Part shown: positions 9,676 to 18,723 of the stretch, piece after piece
Layout: each line of letters opens with the position of its first letter
How positions within the stretch are numbered: the stretch's first letter is position 1
Assembly (NCBI GenBank): GCA_964543785.1
Contig: CAZJAR010000001.1
Location: forward strand, 4,909-68,908
Direction of reading: 5' to 3'
Source of the DNA: an uncultured Synergistaceae bacterium
GTDB lineage: Bacteria; Synergistota; Synergistia; Synergistales; Aminobacteriaceae
Length of the DNA: 64,000 nucleotides
The notes under the pieces: generated by a model
Databases searched by the model: none
Told to the model about the DNA's origin: nothing
What the model saw: the letters and a program-made list of their open reading frames with translations, nothing else
Program-made: the position numbers and the translations under genes

Positions 9676-10191
9676 ATGTCGAAAAAAGTCGCAGTTCTCG
9701 TGGAAGAGAACGTTCATGATCTTGAGTTCTGGTATCCCTTTTACCGGATCGCCGAGGCCGGATTCGAGCCCGTCGCCGTCGGCCCCGCAGCCGGGAAGGT
9801 GTACACCGGCAAACTGGGAACAACCATCGAGGCGGCCGCATCTCCCTCGGACCTTTCCCCCTCAGATGTAGCGGGGGTGGTGGTTCCCGGCGGATGGGCT
9901 CCGGACCGCCTCCGCACCCACAAGTCCATAGTGGACTTCGTCCGGGCTGTCAGCGCTTCCGGGGGAGTAGTCGCCGCGATATGTCACGGGGGAAGCGTGC
10001 TTGTCTCTGCCGGCATACTCAGGGGAGTCCGGGCCACTTCCTACAAAAGCATCCGGGATGATATGGTCCTGGCGGGAGCCGATTGGGTGGACGAACCGGC
10101 GGTTGTCTCCGGAAACCTGGTGACCAGCAGAACTCCGGCAGACCTTCCCGCCTTCGGGAAAGCCCTCGTGGAGGCGCTGGAAGCAAAATAG
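9676..10191 (+). CDS. PfpI/DJ-1 family protein (type 1 glutamine amidotransferase-like)
   Basis: DLEFWYP, VPGGWAPDRL, nucleophile elbow ICHG, TSRTPADL; RBS AAGGAG. Confidence 0.9.
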   Translation: MSKKVAVLVEENVHDLEFWYPFYRIAEAGFEPVAVGPAAGKVYTGKLGTTIEAAASPSDLSPSDVAGVVVPGGWAPDRLRTHKSIVDFVRAVSASGGVVAAICHGGSVLVSAGILRGVRATSYKSIRDDMVLAGADWVDEPAVVSGNLVTSRTPADLPAFGKALVEALEAK

Positions 10192-10211
10192 CCGCCGGAC
10201 GCGTGTTCCCC

Positions 10212-10835
10212 TCAGCCCCGCCCCTCACCGGGCGGGGTTTTTTTGTCATCGTAAAAGAGTCTTACGAGCAGGTGAATGGTTTTTTCCAGCCGTTCCCAGG
10301 TCTCTTCTTTCGAGAGGTCAAGCCCGAGATACCGCCTCGAAACATCGCGTCTCAGGAGCAGAAAGGTAAATCCGGCGGTGAGAAGGGCGGCCATTTCCGT
10401 AACCCCTTCAGCGTCGCCGCTGTGATCCCGCAGAAGACCGAGAAGCTCCATTCCCTGCCTGTACCGCTCCTCGGCCGTCCAGGCAGAAACGTCCTCCCTG
10501 CCGGCGAGCTCTCCCCGGAGAATCTGCCTCGCGGCGTCAGATTTCTTCAATTCCCTCAGGTAGCCTCTCAGAATGGCATAGCCCCTGGTTGCAGGGTCCG
10601 CCCCTCCTTCTCCGCCGGTCTCGAGAATTTCCGACGTGGAAGGCCAGTATTTCCTGCGGGAAAAAAAGGCCCTCAGAAGCTGGGGCATTCCACCGAAGTA
10701 GCGGTAAATGAGCACCTTGTCCACTCCGGCCTGGCGTGCAACCTCGTTCACCCCGAGATGGCCGTATCCTTTGCCGGAAAGGATGGTCCCAACGGCATCG
10801 AGGATACGGGCCTCTGTTCTCTCCCTTTCTCCCAC
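10212..10835 (-). CDS. TetR/AcrR family transcriptional regulator
   Basis: N-terminal HTH LGVNEVARQAGVDKVLIYRYFG. Confidence 0.9.
   Translation of the reverse strand: MGERERTEARILDAVGTILSGKGYGHLGVNEVARQAGVDKVLIYRYFGGMPQLLRAFFSRRKYWPSTSEILETGGEGGADPATRGYAILRGYLRELKKSDAARQILRGELAGREDVSAWTAEERYRQGMELLGLLRDHSGDAEGVTEMAALLTAGFTFLLLRRDVSRRYLGLDLSKEETWERLEKTIHLLVRLFYDDKKTPPGEGRG
10214..10244 (+). terminator. Intrinsic terminator after pfpI
   Basis: CCCCGCCC...GGGCGGGG followed by a T-run. Confidence 0.75.
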
Positions 10836-10852
10836 AACGCTCCCTCCCCGTG

Positions 10853-10881
10853 AAAAAAAGGGGCCCGGAATCAGGCCCCTT
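10853..10881 (-). terminator. Intrinsic terminator after ilvD
   Basis: Minus strand AAGGGGCC...GGCCCC followed by a T-run. Confidence 0.7.
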
Positions 10882-10898
10882 CAAGACTGAAATGCCCC

Positions 10899-12557
10899 TT
10901 ACCTGAAGACAGCCCCCCTGGATCCGGAGGTGACAAAGGACCGGTACCTTTCGAGGAACAGGCTTCCGGTATCATTTTCCACCGGTTTCCACTCCGCTCG
11001 CCTCTTTTCCAGTTCTTCGGAGGAAACGGCCAGGTTCAGGGAACGGGCGGGGATATCGATCTCAATGGTATCTCCCTCTTTCACGAGGGCGATGTTCCCC
11101 CCGGCAGCGGCTTCCGGAGACACGTGTCCTATGGAGGCTCCCCTGGACGCGCCGGAAAAACGTCCGTCGGTGATGAGCGCCACGGTCTTGTCCATTCCCA
11201 TTCCGGCAAGAGCAGAGGTGGGCCCGAGCATCTCCCGCATTCCGGGACCGCCCTTTGGCCCCTCGTACCGGATGACGACCACGTCACCATCCATGATTTT
11301 CCTGGCAAGGATGGCTTCGCCGGCAGCCTCTTCGCTGTCGAACACCCGTGCAGGACCGGAGTGCTTCAGCATGGAAGGATCCACGGCAGACTGCTTCACC
11401 ACGCTGCCCTCCGGGGCCAGGTTGCCCTTCAGGATGGCCAGCCCTCCCTGGGCATGGTAGGGGTTCCGCAGGGGGCGAATGATGTTTTCATCAGCGACCT
11501 GGACACCTGCCAGGTTTTCCGACACGGAACGCCCCGTCACCGTGAGGGGGGAACCGTCGATGAGTCCGCCCTCCAGGAGACGGGCCATGACCGCCTGAAC
11601 TCCCCCCGCCGCGTAGAGGTCCTGGATGTGGTGGCTTCCTCCCGGGCTCATGCTGCAGATATGGGGCGTCTTTTTGCTCGCTTCCTCGAAATGGTCGAGG
11701 GTGAGGGAAATGCCCGCCGCGTGGGCAAGGGCCGGAAGATGGAGGGCGGTGTTCGTTGATCCGCCGAGGGCCATGTCCACTGCCACAGCGTTTTTGAAAG
11801 CCTTTTCGGTGAGTATGTCCCTCGGCCTGATGTTCTTTTCCACCAGCATCATGATGTGCCGTCCCGCTTCCTTCGCGAGGCGATCCCTGGCGGAATAGAC
11901 TGCGGGGATGGTTCCGTTGCCGGGAAGGGCAAATCCCAGCGCTTCGATCATGCAGTTCATGGTGTTCGCAGTGAACATGCCGGCACAGGAACCGCAGGTG
12001 GGGCAGGTAGTATCTTCGATGGCCCGGAGCTCATCGTCGGTCATGAGGCCGGCAACCCGTTTGCCAACCGCCTCGAAAATATTGCTGAGATCGACGTCCT
12101 TGCCTCCGCTGACTCCGGCGAGCATGGGGCCCCCGCTTATCATAACGGTGGGGATGTTCAGGGAAAGGGCGGCCATGGCCATTCCGGGGATGATCTTGTC
12201 GCAGTTCGTTACCAGCACCAGGGCGTCGAGAGCGTGGGCCCTGACCATGACTTCAATGGAATCCATGATGAGTTCCCTGCTCGGAAGGGAGAACTTCATG
12301 CCCTCGTGGTTCATGGCGATGCCGTCACAGACGCCGATCACGGGAAATTCGAGGGGGAAGCCGCCGAAAGCATAGACCGCCGACTTCACACCCTCTGTGA
12401 TCCTGTTCAGGTGGACATGGCCGGGAATGATGGCGTTGTAAGGATTGACAACACCGACCCAGGGACGGCTGATCTCCCAGTCGGTATACCCTGAAGCTTT
12501 CAGCAGAGACCGGTGAGGAGCCCGCTCCGGACCCTTTTTCGCTTTGTCGCTCAGCAT
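10899..12557 (-). CDS. ilvD: Dihydroxy-acid dehydratase (IlvD/Edd family)
   Basis: [53 protein letters not shown]. Confidence 0.92.
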   Translation of the reverse strand: MLSDKAKKGPERAPHRSLLKASGYTDWEISRPWVGVVNPYNAIIPGHVHLNRITEGVKSAVYAFGGFPLEFPVIGVCDGIAMNHEGMKFSLPSRELIMDSIEVMVRAHALDALVLVTNCDKIIPGMAMAALSLNIPTVMISGGPMLAGVSGGKDVDLSNIFEAVGKRVAGLMTDDELRAIEDTTCPTCGSCAGMFTANTMNCMIEALGFALPGNGTIPAVYSARDRLAKEAGRHIMMLVEKNIRPRDILTEKAFKNAVAVDMALGGSTNTALHLPALAHAAGISLTLDHFEEASKKTPHICSMSPGGSHHIQDLYAAGGVQAVMARLLEGGLIDGSPLTVTGRSVSENLAGVQVADENIIRPLRNPYHAQGGLAILKGNLAPEGSVVKQSAVDPSMLKHSGPARVFDSEEAAGEAILARKIMDGDVVVIRYEGPKGGPGMREMLGPTSALAGMGMDKTVALITDGRFSGASRGASIGHVSPEAAAGGNIALVKEGDTIEIDIPARSLNLAVSSEELEKRRAEWKPVENDTGSLFLERYRSFVTSGSRGAVFR

Positions 12558-12589
12558 GATGCATTACCTCCCGCTGTTGTAGTTGTTTT

Positions 12590-13879
12590 TCAGATTCCTC
12601 CCGGCCCCCAGACAAGCAGGGGCAGGGACAGGATTATGGACGGAACATAGGTCACTAAAAGCAGGACTCCGATGAGAACCGCCACCATGGGAATGATGGG
12701 TTTGCTGATCTGCTCGATGGGCAGGCCGGTGATGGCACTGGCTACGTAGATGTCGATGGCCACAGGCGGAGTGGCCATTCCTATGGCGAGTCCGATCGAT
12801 ATCAGGACGCCGAAATGAACGAGATTTCCTCCCACCTGAATGATGGTGGGAAGAAAGATTGGCGTCAGGATGATGAGGGCAGAGGCAGTCTCCATGAACA
12901 TGCCCGCCAGGAGAATGATCACCGTGATCATCAGGTAGATGAGTATAGTGTTGCCGCCCGCAAAACCAAGAAGAAATTTCGCCACAGCCTCGGGAATCTC
13001 GTAGAACGCCAGCCCCCATCCGAAGAGCTTCGAGGTGGCGATGATGAACATGATGAGAGCAGAGGTAACACCCGCTCCCACCACAAGGTTGTAAAATTTT
13101 TTAAAGTCCATGGATTTGTAAACGAAGAAGGCCACGAACAGGGAATAATCCACGGCAACCGCGGCCGCTTCGGAAGGGGTGAAAAAGCCTGAAAAGATGC
13201 CGCCGAGGATGATCACCGGGGTCATGAGACCCCAGGACGCTTCGGCGAAGAGCTTCCATTTCTGCTTTCCCGTGGTGAATTCGGCTGCAGGATAGCCCCG
13301 TTTTCTTGCCACATACACGGAGTACGCAATAAGGCCAAGCCCCATGAGGAACCCGGGAACAAAGCCCGCCATAAAGAGCTTGGCTACCGATATTCCGGCG
13401 ATGACGGCGTACAGGACCATGGGGACGCTCGGCGGTATGACCACGCCGATGGTCCCGGACGCGGCGATGAGAGCCGCGGAAAAATCAACGTCGTATCCCT
13501 TTTTTTTGAGCTGCGGCAAAAGAGCGGAGCCCACAGCCGCCGTGGTTGCAGCGCCAGAACCCGAGATGGCGGCGATGAACATGGATGCCACCGTGGAGAC
13601 GATGGAGAGGCCTCCCCTGAAACGGCCCAGGGTGGCTTCGGCGAAGGCGACGATCCGCTCGGAGATGCCTCCCTTGGCCAGGATATCCCCGGCAAGGACA
13701 AAAAAGGGAACGGCCACCAGGGCGAAGGATTCATTGCCCGAGAACATGGTCTGCGGGATCATCGCCAGGGGGAATCCGCTCAGAAGGACGACGAAAAGAC
13801 CTGCGGCCCCTATGGCCAGCCCCACCGGAACGCCCAGCACCATGAAGAGGACAAAACTGCCTGCAAGAACGAGTCCCAT
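12590..13879 (-). CDS. TRAP transporter large permease (DctM)
   Basis: AVPFFVLAG, ISGSGAAT, IPPSVPM, FTPSEAA, TPPVA; highly hydrophobic. Confidence 0.92.
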   Translation of the reverse strand: MGLVLAGSFVLFMVLGVPVGLAIGAAGLFVVLLSGFPLAMIPQTMFSGNESFALVAVPFFVLAGDILAKGGISERIVAFAEATLGRFRGGLSIVSTVASMFIAAISGSGAATTAAVGSALLPQLKKKGYDVDFSAALIAASGTIGVVIPPSVPMVLYAVIAGISVAKLFMAGFVPGFLMGLGLIAYSVYVARKRGYPAAEFTTGKQKWKLFAEASWGLMTPVIILGGIFSGFFTPSEAAAVAVDYSLFVAFFVYKSMDFKKFYNLVVGAGVTSALIMFIIATSKLFGWGLAFYEIPEAVAKFLLGFAGGNTILIYLMITVIILLAGMFMETASALIILTPIFLPTIIQVGGNLVHFGVLISIGLAIGMATPPVAIDIYVASAITGLPIEQISKPIIPMVAVLIGVLLLVTYVPSIILSLPLLVWGPGGI

Positions 13880-13881
13880 GG

Positions 13882-14391
13882 TCAGCGCCTCCCCAGGATG
13901 TCACCGAACCCGGAGACAAGATGAAGCAGGATGATGCTCCCGATCACGGGGTACATGAGATAAATCCATGTCATGGAGATACCCATGGCCGGCGTGGTCT
14001 GCATAGCCTCGCTTTTCATGAGCTCGGCGCCGTAGAAGGCCACCACGGCAAAGAAAAACACCCCCACGCACTGGACCAAAACGGAGACGGCCTTTCTGAG
14101 GGCTTCCGGGAGTTTATTGACCAAAAAGGTGACGGCGATATGGGAGCCTCTCTTGAAAGCCACGGCAGCGCCGAGAAGGGACGAGGCCACGAGAAGAAAC
14201 GTGGTGAGTTCCTCTGACCAGATGAGGGCATCGAAATAGAGGCGGCAGATTATCTGGAGGGTGGTCACGACAATCATTGCGAGGATCATCACAAAGAGGA
14301 CGACTTCGCTTATCCTGTTCACTGCATCGCTCAATTTGAGAAGAGGCGAGCGCTTCGTCTCGCCTCTTGCATCCGTACAGTTCTGTTCCAT
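13882..14391 (-). CDS. TRAP transporter small permease (DctQ)
   Basis: WSEEL and GSHIAV motifs, about 4 TM segments. Confidence 0.9.
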   Translation of the reverse strand: MEQNCTDARGETKRSPLLKLSDAVNRISEVVLFVMILAMIVVTTLQIICRLYFDALIWSEELTTFLLVASSLLGAAVAFKRGSHIAVTFLVNKLPEALRKAVSVLVQCVGVFFFAVVAFYGAELMKSEAMQTTPAMGISMTWIYLMYPVIGSIILLHLVSGFGDILGRR

Positions 14392-14403
14392 TCCTGCCGC
14401 TGC

Positions 14404-15375
14404 CTACTTCACGGCGAGGATGGCGTCGACGAGCTCCTTGCCGAACTGGGCTTCGTATTTTTCGTACACCGGCCTGACAGCTTCCCGGAACAGGGAAAGA
14501 TCAGGCTCGGTGACTTCCATTCCCTTGTCCTTGAGGAACTGGAGCCACTCGGCCTCTTTCGCGTTGTCGTAGGCCCTGTTGTGTTCAGCGGCAGCCTGGG
14601 CGGATTCCTTGACGAGCTTCTGGTGCTCAGGAGAGAGCTTGTCCCATGTCCGCTTGCTCATCATGATGACGTTGGGTGCATAGGCATGCCGTGTCAGGGC
14701 GAGGTGCTTCTGGGATTCGAAGAGATTGAAGGACACGATGACGTTCAGGGGGTTCTCCTGCCCATCAATTGTTCCCTGCTGGAGAGCGGTGAGCGCCTCC
14801 GTCCAGGCCATGGGAACCGCGTTTGCCCCGAGTGCCTTGAAGGAGTCCACGTAGACGGGGTTCTGCATGAGACGGATCTTCAGCCCCTTCATGTCTTCCG
14901 GAACAGTTACGGGCTTTTTGCTGTTGGTGAGGTTGCGGAAGCCCCTTTCTCCGTAGGCGAGCCCTTTCCATCCGAGGGCGTCCATGTCGGCGAGCATGCC
15001 CCTGCCGATTTCTCCGTCCAGAACCTTGTAGGCCTGCTCAGGGGTGGAGAAAAGGAAGGGAAGATCAAAAACGCCGAATTTGGGCATGAAGTTGATGATG
15101 GGACCGCCGGTGACGATGGCGGAGTCGACAACGCCCATGCGCATGCTTTCGAGAAGGTTCCTCTCGTCTCCGAGCTTCGCGTTGGGGTAGATGGTGACCG
15201 TCAGATCGCCCTTGCTCCCCGCCTCGACAAGCTCCTTGAACTTGAGGGCGCACACGTGGAACGCGTCGTTTTCATTCACAACGTGGGCCAGCTTGATGTC
15301 GGCTGCAGGCGCCGAGGTTGCCGAAAGAACCAGGACAAGGAAAAGAACCGATAAAACCGCTGTGATTTTCTTCAT
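14404..15375 (-). CDS. TRAP substrate-binding protein (DctP)
   Basis: Signal peptide, YPNAKLG, GERGFRNL, KGLKIR, GTIDGQENP. Confidence 0.92.
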   Translation of the reverse strand: MKKITAVLSVLFLVLVLSATSAPAADIKLAHVVNENDAFHVCALKFKELVEAGSKGDLTVTIYPNAKLGDERNLLESMRMGVVDSAIVTGGPIINFMPKFGVFDLPFLFSTPEQAYKVLDGEIGRGMLADMDALGWKGLAYGERGFRNLTNSKKPVTVPEDMKGLKIRLMQNPVYVDSFKALGANAVPMAWTEALTALQQGTIDGQENPLNVIVSFNLFESQKHLALTRHAYAPNVIMMSKRTWDKLSPEHQKLVKESAQAAAEHNRAYDNAKEAEWLQFLKDKGMEVTEPDLSLFREAVRPVYEKYEAQFGKELVDAILAVK

Positions 15376-15605
15376 GCTGCTTTCCTCCCATTCCTTATGC
15401 AAAATATATGGAAACTATCGTTCCATTGTGATACTGCATTATAGTCAATGGGGAGAGAAATGCAAGTTCTCCCTTTCCATCTCATTCTGAAGGGCTGTTG
15501 CCCTGCAGGTTCTTTCTGGACAGCCCCACCCCCCCATGGTACGATCTGGTGAGAGCCCCCCATGGGGAGGCTGCAATTTCAACTTATCCAGGGAGCGTGA
15601 TCTTC

Positions 15606-15983
15606 ATGGCACATTCGCAATGCACTGCCGGCAGGCTGAAAGACATCCCGGTTGCCGACGACGCGGTTCAGCCCGCAGGGATCGAGCGGCGGATCGTCTT
15701 CGCACCGGGGAAATTCTGGGACGATTACGTGGCCAGGCATTTCACGGTGGAAAAGGGAGCACAGACTCCGTTCCACACCCATGATTGGCCCCACTACATC
15801 CTGATAATGGGCGGTACCTGCGAGGCGAAAATCGATGGGAAAGTCTACCCTCTCGAAGGCGGCTGCTGGGCCCATGTCCCCTCAGGCGTAGAGCACAACT
15901 TCACCAACACGGGAAACGGGCCTCTTGAATTCGTCTGCATCGTTCCGCCGAAAGGCGACCCGGCAGGAAGCCCGAAAGCCTGA
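15606..15983 (+). CDS. Cupin domain protein
   Basis: HTHDWPH...VPSGVEHNFTNTG cupin motifs; RBS GGGAG before ATG 15606. Confidence 0.85.
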   Translation: MAHSQCTAGRLKDIPVADDAVQPAGIERRIVFAPGKFWDDYVARHFTVEKGAQTPFHTHDWPHYILIMGGTCEAKIDGKVYPLEGGCWAHVPSGVEHNFTNTGNGPLEFVCIVPPKGDPAGSPKA

Positions 15984-15992
15984 AGCAGTGTT

Positions 15993-16478
15993 TTATCCAA
16001 TGGGAAACTTCATCAGGGGCGGGAACCAGGGATAGACTGAGGCGAGGAAATAGGGGTTCAGGGCGAAAATGACGAAGAACCCCATGGCCATGGCTGAATG
16101 GAATACTGAAAGAAGCCCCCTGTAAGTTTCTCTTTTTGCCACGATACCTAAAATGCCTTCGCAGATCAGAAAGGCCGAAATATAATACAGCCAGCCGTTC
16201 GTTCCGGGTTCCTGGAGGAATACCATGGTGCGGAGCACGCAATAGGCCGACCAGATTCCCAGGACATAGGTCTGGGCGATAGTCAGTATTATTTTCACAA
16301 TGAAGGCGAGAGCGCGGGGAACACGCTGTCCGCTGCTTTCCATGGATTCAAGGGTGGAAAACACTGAACCGATCAGAGGGAAAACAAAACGTATGTATGC
16401 ACCGGACAGAACCCACCCCCAGACAAGAAGAAAAAAAGCGTAGTTAAAAAAATGCACGGGAACCCCGCCTTCCGACAA
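15993..16478 (-). CDS. Hypothetical multi-pass membrane protein
   Basis: 161 aa with about 4 hydrophobic segments; fills the gap between cupin and the next gene. Confidence 0.65.
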   Translation of the reverse strand: MSEGGVPVHFFNYAFFLLVWGWVLSGAYIRFVFPLIGSVFSTLESMESSGQRVPRALAFIVKIILTIAQTYVLGIWSAYCVLRTMVFLQEPGTNGWLYYISAFLICEGILGIVAKRETYRGLLSVFHSAMAMGFFVIFALNPYFLASVYPWFPPLMKFPIG

Positions 16479-16580
16479 AATTTAATGAGCAGCTGCATGA
16501 TTATACCTTCTTTTTTTTGCGGGAGCACCCTGATGTGCTATAATCGGTTCAGCAGGAAAAATAACGGGAGGTGGAACCAC

Positions 16581-16742
16581 ATGGAAGGAATTTCCGCTGC
16601 GTCCCGGGGTTCTGCAGCGCAGGATGTCCAGCTTGCCGTTCAGTACTCCGTGATGAAGCAGGTGACCGACCTGCAGAAAGATATGCTGTCCACCCTGATG
16701 CAGAGCATGGGCATAGGACAGAACATGGACCTCCTCGCCTGA
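16581..16742 (+). CDS. Small YjfB-like protein (53 aa)
   Basis: RBS GGGAGGTG, upstream TGCTATAAT, C-terminal GIGQNMDLLA typical of the YjfB family. Confidence 0.7.
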   Translation: MEGISAASRGSAAQDVQLAVQYSVMKQVTDLQKDMLSTLMQSMGIGQNMDLLA

Positions 16743-16763
16743 GGATGCCGGTATTCGGATAGT

Positions 16764-16803
16764 AAGGACGCGGGAGACTGAAAAAGTTTCCCGCGTCCTT
16801 TTT
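16764..16803. terminator. Probably bidirectional terminator between the yjfB-like gene and gpt
   Basis: AAGGACGCGGGA...TCCCGCGTCCTT followed by Ts, between convergent genes. Confidence 0.75.
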
Positions 16804-17287
16804 ACTGCTGTTCAGCGATTGGTTTGACGTAGGAGGTTTCGGCGTCCCAGGGGAAGAGAATCCATGTGTCCTGGCTGACCTCGGTGATGAACGTATCAAC
16901 GAAGGCCCTTCCTTCGGGCTTCGCGTAGACTGCTGCAAAATGCGCCTTCGGCAGCATTTTCCGGACGACCTTCGCCGTTCTGCCGGTGTCCACCAGGTCG
17001 TCGATGATGAGCCACCCTTCCCCGTCGCCCTCAATTTCCTTGAGAATTGAAATCTCTCCCTGGGTCCGGAGAGTGTAGCTCGACACGCACACCGTGTCCA
17101 CAAGGCGGACATTCAGTTCCCTGGCGATTATTGCCGCGGGAACGAGCCCTCCCCGGGCTATTCCCACGATTCTCTCCCATTTGGCAAGCCCCACCAGGCG
17201 CCAGGCAAGAGCCTTGCAGTCCCTGTGAATCTGCTCCCACGAAATGGGGTATGTCTTGTGGTACCGTTCGCTGGACACGCCGAACAT
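16802..17287 (-). CDS. gpt: Xanthine-guanine phosphoribosyltransferase
   Basis: [20 protein letters not shown]-binding [18 protein letters not shown]. Confidence 0.92.
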   Translation of the reverse strand: MFGVSSERYHKTYPISWEQIHRDCKALAWRLVGLAKWERIVGIARGGLVPAAIIARELNVRLVDTVCVSSYTLRTQGEISILKEIEGDGEGWLIIDDLVDTGRTAKVVRKMLPKAHFAAVYAKPEGRAFVDTFITEVSQDTWILFPWDAETSYVKPIAEQQ

Positions 17288-17534
17288 TCCTCCTCGCCGC
17301 CGAAAAATTTTGATATGTTATTTTACCATGGGATGAAAAGAAAGGAAGCCCTCCACCATCCCGCCAAAAACGAAGACCGGGAATTGCCTTCTCCTCTGCC
17401 GATGCAAGTCCATACAGTTCAAGTCCCTGTCCCCCACCCGGAAAAACCTTCCGGGTGTGATTCCTAAATGCATCCCCGCAATGTATAATGTCCCTGGGCA
17501 GATAACCCACATTTCTTACAGGGAGGTAGAAAAC

Positions 17535-18620
17535 GTGAAGAGATTTTCTGTGCTTCTCGCTCTCGCGGTCGGATTCATTTTCTGCAGCGCGGCCTTCGCC
17601 GCCTTTCCGCCGGTTCCGGTGGAAAAGATCAACCCCGGATTCATCTACATAGGCCCCATCGGTGACGGCGGATACACTTTCATGCACGACAAGGGAAGGC
17701 TGTTTATGGAAGAGTCGTTCCCCGGGCTGAAATCAGCATACGTGGAATCGGTTCCCGAAGGGCCCGATGCCTCGAGGGTCATGGAAACCCTCGTCCGGAA
17801 CGGCTCGAAGGTAGTTTTCGCCAATTCTTTCGGCCACATGGACTTCGTCCTCGAAGTGGCAAAGAAATACCCTGAAACCATCTTCATGCACTGCTCAGGC
17901 TACAAGGCAGCCGAGAACGTGGGAACCTACTTCGGCAGAATGTACCAGGCTCGGTACCTCTCCGGGCTCGTTGCCGGAAGCATGACGAAGAAGAACGTGA
18001 TCGGCTACGTGGGAGCCTACCCGATCCCCGAAGTCATCAGGGGCATCAACGCTTTCACTCTCGGCGTCCGGAAAGCAAACCCCAAGGCTGAAGTCCGGGT
18101 CATCTGGATTTTCTCCTGGCTCGATCCGGGCAAGGAAAAAGAGGCCGCCAAGGCCCTCATTGACGCAGGCGCAGATGTTCTCGGCATGCACGCAGACACC
18201 GGAGCCGCCCCCCAGGCCGCAGAAGAGGCGGGAGTCTACGTTGTGGGATACAACAACGACATGAGCAACTATGCCCCCACGAAGCATCTCACCGCCCCGA
18301 TCTGGAACTGGGGAATCGTCTACCGCGACACAATCCGGCAGATCATCGACGGAACGTGGAAGTCTGAACAGGTCTGGCTCGGCCTCAAGGAAGGGATGGT
18401 CGATCTGGCACCCTTCGCAAAGGATGTCCCGGATTCAGTGAAGAAGCTCGTGGAAGACGAGAAGGCAAAGATCATGTCCGGCGGATGGGATGTGTTCCAC
18501 GGCCCGGTGAAGGACCAGGCCGGAGCTGAGAAGGTTCCCGGGGGAACCGCCATGACCGATGCCGAAATGCTCTCCATGAACTGGTTTGTGGAAGGCGTTA
18601 AGGGAGATATACCCAAATAG
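17535..18620 (+). CDS. BMP family ABC substrate-binding protein (purine nucleoside/nucleobase)
   Basis: GFIYIGPIGDGGYTFMHDKGR, RMYQARYLSG, RGINAF, WNWG; signal peptide. Confidence 0.9.
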   Translation: MKRFSVLLALAVGFIFCSAAFAAFPPVPVEKINPGFIYIGPIGDGGYTFMHDKGRLFMEESFPGLKSAYVESVPEGPDASRVMETLVRNGSKVVFANSFGHMDFVLEVAKKYPETIFMHCSGYKAAENVGTYFGRMYQARYLSGLVAGSMTKKNVIGYVGAYPIPEVIRGINAFTLGVRKANPKAEVRVIWIFSWLDPGKEKEAAKALIDAGADVLGMHADTGAAPQAAEEAGVYVVGYNNDMSNYAPTKHLTAPIWNWGIVYRDTIRQIIDGTWKSEQVWLGLKEGMVDLAPFAKDVPDSVKKLVEDEKAKIMSGGWDVFHGPVKDQAGAEKVPGGTAMTDAEMLSMNWFVEGVKGDIPK

Positions 18621-18657
18621 GCCGATCTTTTGTATCATAATGGTCGGGAGATTCTTG

Positions 18658-18686
18658 AGGGCGCGAATTTCCGCGCCCTTTTTTTT
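18658..18686 (+). terminator. Intra-operon terminator-like hairpin after the binding-protein gene
   Basis: AGGGCGCG-AATTTC-CGCGCCCT followed by a T-run. Confidence 0.7.
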
Positions 18687-18723
18687 CGCCCTCCGCCATT
18701 CAGACCACGAAGGAGGAAACAGG

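Noticed and set aside
17390-17520. Purine riboswitch upstream of the BMP operon
   Set aside because: The TATAAT there is not followed by the aptamer core (GATATGG...GTTTCTAC...CCGTAAA); it reads better as a -10 element
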